From: Candidatus Melainabacteria bacterium 17Bon1m
GTDB lineage: Bacteria; Cyanobacteriota; Vampirovibrionia; Obscuribacterales; Obscuribacteraceae
DNA length: 64,000 nucleotides
Reading direction: 5' to 3'
Assembly: GCA_032128875.1 (NCBI GenBank)
Contig: JAVLKG010000001.1
Span: forward strand, 1,081,453 to 1,145,452
Below, one piece after another: positions 58,105-64,000 of this stretch. The notes beneath the pieces were generated by a model that made no database searches, was not told the origin of the DNA, and saw nothing but the letters and a program-made list of their open reading frames with translations. The first letter of the stretch is position 1, and every line of letters begins with the position of its first letter. The position numbers were made by a program, and so were the translations under genes.

Positions 58105-60498
58105 TTATTTCCCTGACGCTTCCAGTCCCACGCGAATTACCGGCAGTTTTTCTCCCAGATTCGACATTGTCTGATAGGTGAGAGCGGCGACATCGGCTCT
58201 CGTTGCTAACTCATTTGGTTTTATCGATTCAGAATCGGGATAGCTGACAATGATGTTTGCATTAGCAGCCTTCGCAACGCTCGGCAGAGCCCATGTCGGC
58301 ACGCTGCCACCGTCTTTGTATCGGCTCAATGCAGAGGTGTCCGCATTGGGATTTTGCAGAGCTTTGGCGAGAATCACAAGCGCTTGAGCACGCGTGATTT
58401 TGTCTTCCGGGCGGAAACTGCCATCTGGAAATCCTGTTACCAGCCCCGCATCGCTGACCTGGCTGATCGCATTTGCTGCCCAATACTTTGCAGGGACATC
58501 TCTAAAGTTAGCTGGTCTGCCTGCTGGCGGCAGTTTCAGAGCACGCGTGGCAATCGCAGCAAATTGGGCCCTTGTGATGTAATCATTCGGCTTGAAAGAA
58601 CCATCAGGAAATCCTCCGATGGTGCCGCGTTTTTGCAACAGCCCTATGTATTGCTCTGCCCAATGTCCGCGAGTGTCTGACGCTGCTCCGGAAGTATCGA
58701 CTTTGATTGGTTTTGTCAACGTGCGAGCTATCTCCGAATCGAGACGGTCAAGGTCACGCGCGACAGTCATGACTTCCCAATCGGAGAGTTGGTTGTCTGA
58801 GCTTCTGAACGCACCTTCTACATCTTTTATGCGATCGAATTCGTGATTGAAGTCGCGGCGATTGTCTTCAGTAATTGCTCCGATTTTTGCGGCTTCTTCG
58901 ATGCGATTTTGAATGGCAGTTTCTTTTGCTGCAATGTCTGGAAGTGGTGGCAGTGCTTTGTCAATGCGTGAAGAAACAGCATCGTACTCTTTGGAAAGTG
59001 CGATGATTGCTTGATCGCTCAAGCCACCTTCGGACCCTTTGAAAGTGGTTTCTAGTCCATTGATGCGAACAAGATCAGCCTTCAAAGCACTCGCATCGTC
59101 TGGTCTTAAACGTCCAGAGGCAATCGCTTCGTTGATTTTGCGATCGAGATCGGCACGCCTGGTGCTGATCTCTGGAAGTGGTGCCACGGCTTTGTCTGCA
59201 GAGATTCTGAAATTGTCGAAGTCTGATGCTAACGTCGCTGATTCCGTGCTGTCTAAACGACCGTCTTGCATGAAATATCTGTATCGCGCATCAATGCGGT
59301 CAAGTTGCGTGCGCAGATCTTGTGCTGCTGCTGTGCTCACGCGTCCTGTACTTTCGCTGGCTAAGAGACGCCTTTTGGCTTCAGTAACTCTTTGACTGAC
59401 ATTTTGTAAAGATGGGGTGCCACCGTATGTTTCAATCTTTGCTTTCAGGCTGTCTAAGTCGCGCGCCAGTGTCAGCGTTTCTGTATCCGAAAGACTTCCG
59501 TCAATGCGGAACGTCGCTTCTAGTGATGCGATACGATCGAACTCCTGTTTTAAATCAACAACTTGTTGCGAACTCAGTCTCCCGGAATAAAGCGCATCAG
59601 TAATCAATTTTTCAACTTCTTGCTGGCGTTGATCGATGCCGGGCGGATTGGTTGCTAGCGGCTGATAGCGGTCGAGCGCGGTGGAGAGTTTTTCCAATTC
59701 AATCGCCAGTGTCAGCGATTCGTTTGTATCTAACTTTCCATCGTTGCTCTTGAACGCAGTCTCTTGCGCTTCGATTCTGCTTAGCTCTTGTCCATAAATG
59801 TTTGCTTCGGCAAGTGTGATTTTTCCGCTCGCCAGCAGATCTTTGACGCGTCGATTGATCTCGATTTTCTTGGACTCGGTATTGGTGTCATTGACGGTGA
59901 CCGGCTTGATTTTCGCGTGAACGTTTTGTTGCAACTTGTCCAAGTCCACTGAGAGAGTGAGCAGCTCGTTGTTGTTCAAGTTTCCATCAGCTCTAAAAGA
60001 ACTTTCCTGCAACTTTATGCGGTCCAGTTCAGCAAGAAAAACTTCCCCGTCCTGTCTGTTCAAGCGTCCACTGAATAGTGCGTCTGAAATCTCACGCGTG
60101 ATTTCTGCCGAGCGCCCTGGAAGGTCGGCTGTTGCTGTGGTTCTAGGCGCCAACTGAGAGTCGATTTGCCTTTGTAGATTGTCAAGCTCGAATGCGAGCC
60201 GCATCTTTTCCCATACGCTGAGCTTACCGTCCGCCATGTACTGGGTTTCACTCTGTTTTATGCGCTCCAAAGATGCCTTAAAAGAAGCAGCATTTTCGCT
60301 GGAAAGTCGTCCCTGCGTCTGTGCTTCAGCGATGCTTTGAGTCATTTTCGCCAGTCTGGTGCTCACATCCACCATTTGCGGCATCTGCCCAAACGTCTGT
60401 GCCCAGTTGGTTTGTGCCAGAGTCGGTTGAACCGCTATAGAACAGGTAGCCAAGGAAACCAGGGACAGTGACACAGCAAGAACAGCGGCACGTTTCAT
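58105..60498 (-). CDS. Secreted SLH-domain protein with seven tandem helical repeats
   Basis: Signal peptide; three SLH units (HWA..GFPDGSFKPN..ITRAQFA; ITRAQA; ATRADVA); repeated SGRL..LDRI..DG.L..E...L..DLD units. Confidence 0.88.
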   Translation of the reverse strand: MKRAAVLAVSLSLVSLATCSIAVQPTLAQTNWAQTFGQMPQMVDVSTRLAKMTQSIAEAQTQGRLSSENAASFKASLERIKQSETQYMADGKLSVWEKMRLAFELDNLQRQIDSQLAPRTTATADLPGRSAEITREISDALFSGRLNRQDGEVFLAELDRIKLQESSFRADGNLNNNELLTLSVDLDKLQQNVHAKIKPVTVNDTNTESKKIEINRRVKDLLASGKITLAEANIYGQELSRIEAQETAFKSNDGKLDTNESLTLAIELEKLSTALDRYQPLATNPPGIDQRQQEVEKLITDALYSGRLSSQQVVDLKQEFDRIASLEATFRIDGSLSDTETLTLARDLDSLKAKIETYGGTPSLQNVSQRVTEAKRRLLASESTGRVSTAAAQDLRTQLDRIDARYRYFMQDGRLDSTESATLASDFDNFRISADKAVAPLPEISTRRADLDRKINEAIASGRLRPDDASALKADLVRINGLETTFKGSEGGLSDQAIIALSKEYDAVSSRIDKALPPLPDIAAKETAIQNRIEEAAKIGAITEDNRRDFNHEFDRIKDVEGAFRSSDNQLSDWEVMTVARDLDRLDSEIARTLTKPIKVDTSGAASDTRGHWAEQYIGLLQKRGTIGGFPDGSFKPNDYITRAQFAAIATRALKLPPAGRPANFRDVPAKYWAANAISQVSDAGLVTGFPDGSFRPEDKITRAQALVILAKALQNPNADTSALSRYKDGGSVPTWALPSVAKAANANIIVSYPDSESIKPNELATRADVAALTYQTMSNLGEKLPVIRVGLEASGK

Positions 60499-60635
60499 CT
60501 AAACCTCCTGGCAAGTTGCGGCAAATTTTGGCGCGATTTCTCTGCGCTGGGCTCGGTCGAACCCGCTTGTGGCGGCAAATTTAGCATATTGACGACGCTT
60601 CAGCCAACGACCGAAGTGATGGTCTATGCCCCAGT

Positions 60636-62297
60636 TTATTTGCTGTACAAGCCTTTTAAGTCGTTCCAGGCATCATGTTTTTTACCTGGAGAATTAACTG
60701 CAGGTTTGGGTGGCGATGAGCGTTTTACGATATTTTGTGGACGAACTTTAGGTTGCGTTCGAATTCTTGGTGATGCTTGAACTCGCACTGGGGCTACTTT
60801 TGGTGCGTCGTTTACAGCAGGCTTAGTAGATTCGCGTGTACCTTTTTCCACAGTTTCTGTGCTGGATGTCGTAGAAGAACTTGGCGTCTCGCTTGTGGAT
60901 GATGTGGTGGTTGAGTTCGGCGAAATGGTGTTCCCTTTGGGCTCATTAGGGTTTGCATTCGACGCATCAACGTTTGCATTCGGCGCGTTGGTTTGCGTTG
61001 TGGCTGTTTCTGTTTTTCCATTGCGCATCGAAACTGCGGCAAATAGACCCAGAGCGCAGAGTACTACAACAATGAAACCGACAATGACCATCTTTCCTGC
61101 GTTAGATTTTTTTTGCTGATCTTCTGCATCTAAACTGCTGAATCTGTCCCGCGCTAATTGCCGAGTCGACGAACCTTTTCCTGAGTCATCGGTCTCTGCT
61201 GCTTTGCTTCCTCTGTCTAAGAAGGCATCTTCAACGCTCATGCCAGCCATCGGATCGAGTGCCAGATTGAAATTGTTTGCGAAATTTACTTGTGATACCG
61301 CATTTTGTTGCGCGCCAGAAACACCCATGCCTGCCATAATTTTGAGATTGCCAGATTCACGCGAAGCTGCTTCTGAGCACGCTTTTACAAGTGCAGTGCT
61401 CAACTCTCCAGCCGTTTGATAGCGGTCTTTAGGATCTTTCGCCATTGCTTTGAAGATCACGCGCTCAAGTTCATCCGGCAAATTCAGCATCGGATTGATG
61501 GAACGCATCGAAGGAGGTGGGGTGTTGACGTGATATTGAATCAATTCGTAAATTGTGGTGCCGTTGTGGAAGGGATCTTTTCCAGTTAGCATCTCGTACA
61601 TAACGCAGCCGAATGAATAGATATCGGAGCGCGCGTCTTCAGGTTTCCCAACGCATTGCTCGGGACTGAGGTATGGAGGACTTCCCCATAGTTCGCCGGA
61701 TTGAGTGAGCTTTCTACTTTCCTCACTTAGTTTTGCCAGACCGAAATCCACCACTTTGACGAAATCCATTTCGTCATCCATCAAGACAAGATTGCCTGGT
61801 TTTAAATCACGGTGAACGACGCCATTTTTGTGCGCGTAATCGAGCGCACTGCACACCTGTACAGCAATGCGGGCAAAACGATCGATATCTAGCGGGCCTT
61901 CCTCTTTGATAAGCGCTTCAAGGCTGCGTCCGCGTAAATAGTCCATGACGACATAGGGCTGCTGCTCGTCGTCGAAAATGCAGTCGTAAACCGTGACAAT
62001 ATGCGGATGATTGAGCGCGCACAACAGATTAATTTCGCGCTGAAATCTGTCGCGGTACACCTGTTTTGTGTCCAGCTGCAATTTCAAGGTTTTGATGGCG
62101 ACCTGGCGATTGACGCGAATCTGAGTGGCGAGATAAACGACGCTCATTCCACCGGAGCCGAGCACATCATCAATGTGGAAGCGACCGTCTAGAACCGTAC
62201 CTACGAGAGGATCGCGAGCTTTTCCCCTTTCGTTAGCGTTTTGGAGTTTTTCGCCGGAACTCAAATGGTTCACACCTTTCTGCGGTAGTGGGCACAC
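60636..62297 (-). CDS. Ser/Thr protein kinase with TM and low-complexity C-terminal tail
   Basis: GSGGMSVVY, VAIK, HRDLKPGN, DFGLAK, YLSPEQ; TM near residue 410. Confidence 0.92.
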   Translation of the reverse strand: MCPLPQKGVNHLSSGEKLQNANERGKARDPLVGTVLDGRFHIDDVLGSGGMSVVYLATQIRVNRQVAIKTLKLQLDTKQVYRDRFQREINLLCALNHPHIVTVYDCIFDDEQQPYVVMDYLRGRSLEALIKEEGPLDIDRFARIAVQVCSALDYAHKNGVVHRDLKPGNLVLMDDEMDFVKVVDFGLAKLSEESRKLTQSGELWGSPPYLSPEQCVGKPEDARSDIYSFGCVMYEMLTGKDPFHNGTTIYELIQYHVNTPPPSMRSINPMLNLPDELERVIFKAMAKDPKDRYQTAGELSTALVKACSEAASRESGNLKIMAGMGVSGAQQNAVSQVNFANNFNLALDPMAGMSVEDAFLDRGSKAAETDDSGKGSSTRQLARDRFSSLDAEDQQKKSNAGKMVIVGFIVVVLCALGLFAAVSMRNGKTETATTQTNAPNANVDASNANPNEPKGNTISPNSTTTSSTSETPSSSTTSSTETVEKGTRESTKPAVNDAPKVAPVRVQASPRIRTQPKVRPQNIVKRSSPPKPAVNSPGKKHDAWNDLKGLYSK

Positions 62298-62362
62298 CCG
62301 GCGCCCGCTACCTATATTCCACGTAAGATTGAACCTATCATGTGCGCAGAGTTTTCAGACGC

Positions 62363-63550
62363 TTAGAAGGGTGGACCACCGCCGCCCGGACCCATACCAC
62401 CGCCGCCTTGAGGTCCCATGCCTCCACCTCCTTGCGGGCCCATTCCACCGCCGCCACCTTGGGGACCCATTCCGCCACCCTGACCGCCAGGGCCAAATGC
62501 GGAGGATCCCAATACTTTGGTCGCTGCGAGGTCGAAGCTGTGCATAAGCTCAAAAGCTTTGGCATCTTGATGGCTGGAAAAAGCCTTTTCGATTTCGGTT
62601 TTCAAATCCCGTAATCTGTAGCCTTCCGAGCTGTTCTTTCGTGTGACCTGGCTGATAATCTCGTTGCTCTGTGCATTGAAGGTCGCTTTAAGATGCTCTG
62701 CTTCGGGCGGAATGTACCCGCTGGCTGCGCTTTGAGCGGGGGGCGAACCATGCCCACTCGGTGACGTTCCTGCTCCAGCACCTGCTCCTGCGCCGGCCGA
62801 TGAGGCTGTTTTGATAGCAGGAACTCCTCTGCCGCGCAAAGAATCCTTTGCTTGCTTGACCTGCTCTTCTTGTCCGGTCAATTTCGATTCGAGATAGGTC
62901 AGTTTTTGTGAGACCTTTTCGGCATCGTTCGCCTTGGCGAGCCCCTGAATCTCCTTGAAGATCGCCTCAAATGGCGAAACGCCAGTGCCCTGTGCTCGCA
63001 GTTTATCAATACGCTTCCATGCTAGCAAACGTCGCTCAACCTCTGGTCCATCATTGATTTCCGGCATATTGTCTGCCTGAACCGAGACGAGAGCCAGCGA
63101 TTGCAACAGAGTGGCAGCCGAAATGCGTCCTGCACTGAAGTCATTGATCTCTGCACGCGAGATGGTGACGTGTCGTGCCGGCTTGCCTGTTTGGCTGAAG
63201 AGCACCTTCACCTTTTCAATTTGACCGGGCGCTCCTTCGATTAATGTTCTTGCGAGAAACATCGAATCAATCTTCAAATCTTTGTCTTGCGCGACTTCTC
63301 TCTCTTCTGCCAAAACCGTGACCAGCGGTCCGGTGCCAACTACAGTGACGCTCATGGCGCGAGCGCCTACGGAAGGATCACGCACCAGTGCCGTTAGTTG
63401 TGCGTTGGACAGGTTGGATTTGCCGCTTGCAACCTCAGCAAAAGCTGGAGACGGGCACGCTGAAAAAGCGACAAAACTGCCAATTGCCACGCTCATCGCG
63501 GTTCGACGGGCGTTTGATATGGACATGAATCTGGTCATGAAGACTCTCAC
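62363..63550 (-). CDS. Hypothetical secreted protein with C-terminal GGGGMGPQ repeats
   Basis: Signal peptide ending AFA; start uncertain; Gly-rich tail. Confidence 0.75.
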   Translation of the reverse strand: MRVFMTRFMSISNARRTAMSVAIGSFVAFSACPSPAFAEVASGKSNLSNAQLTALVRDPSVGARAMSVTVVGTGPLVTVLAEEREVAQDKDLKIDSMFLARTLIEGAPGQIEKVKVLFSQTGKPARHVTISRAEINDFSAGRISAATLLQSLALVSVQADNMPEINDGPEVERRLLAWKRIDKLRAQGTGVSPFEAIFKEIQGLAKANDAEKVSQKLTYLESKLTGQEEQVKQAKDSLRGRGVPAIKTASSAGAGAGAGAGTSPSGHGSPPAQSAASGYIPPEAEHLKATFNAQSNEIISQVTRKNSSEGYRLRDLKTEIEKAFSSHQDAKAFELMHSFDLAATKVLGSSAFGPGGQGGGMGPQGGGGGMGPQGGGGMGPQGGGGMGPGGGGPPF

Positions 63551-63633
63551 CGTGAGGGGGCGCTAGATGATTCCAATGTAGGAATTTTACCCGGCGGGCG
63601 GTCTTTCTAAGAAAGTTATGCGGACGTGGCGAT

Positions 63634-63999
63634 CTAGGGCAGGATTGTCCAGTTGACCGAGACGTAAGTATTTCCATCCGCGCGACCAACGATGCTCACG
63701 GATATTCTTTCTTTTGCACGTGTTCCTTGCATCATGAATGCTGAGCCAGGTGGACCAATTTTGGCAAGCATTTCTTCTTTTGGTATCTGCAACGCAAAAC
63801 TTCGTGACCGCAGTGCGGATTGGTAAAACGAGTTGACCGTGCTTGCCGAGTCTTTCGTAACGATGGACAAAGTTGCTGTAGGCGCACCTGCAGTGGTGTT
63901 TACAAAATTAGTAGACACAATGTTGCTGCGATAAACATCCACTGGAAAGTTTGTAGGAGCAGTTTGGGACATATGAAGATTCGGAATCTTCAGGTAAGC
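63634..63999 (-). CDS. Hypothetical protein (5'-truncated by window edge)
   Basis: Frame stays open upstream of 63972 to the window end. Confidence 0.55.
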   Translation of the reverse strand, partial: AYLKIPNLHMSQTAPTNFPVDVYRSNIVSTNFVNTTAGAPTATLSIVTKDSASTVNSFYQSALRSRSFALQIPKEEMLAKIGPPGSAFMMQGTRAKERISVSIVGRADGNTYVSVNWTILP

Positions 64000-64000
64000 A

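Overview
A 64 kb bacterial chromosomal window with no phage, transposase, rRNA or CRISPR array visible. The gene content suggests a non-photosynthetic Cyanobacteriota relative such as Vampirovibrionia/Obscuribacterales (inference only): cyanobacterial-like PilB, SigF and NTP-transferase/PMM fusion alongside futalosine MqnC, Ser/Thr kinases, a caspase-like protease, a lone TadE-like pilin and no photosynthesis genes. In order it carries: partial holB, a CbpA-like J-protein, mqnC, a TadE-like pilin; rpmG-tRNA-Trp-secE-nusG-rplK-rplA (rpmG and the tRNA are not in the ORF track); oppABC; a sensor kinase/receiver/Hpt-REC-REC-GGDEF relay; gpsA-GT4-NTP-transferase/PMM; a partial leucine/HMG-CoA catabolic cluster with mobA; a beta-propeller/MoaD/MoeZ/sulfotransferase region; a B12 radical SAM operon; a ~15 kb type IV pilus locus; and several secreted TPR, caspase, SLH and Gly-rich proteins. 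Most notable: (1) the pilus locus contains a SigF/SigB-type sigma factor and is headed by an ATPase-less PilB paralogue with a ~490-aa charged linker; (2) an exact TGGTTT-N16-GGG(T/A)A promoter-like motif precedes three unlinked genes, suggesting a regulon for that sigma; (3) a four-way-junction RNA-like structure lies between rpmG and tRNA-Trp; (4) a ubiquitin-like sulfur carrier sits beside a beta-propeller with no MoaE; (5) GTAG-type REP doublets; (6) a probable CTG start codon.
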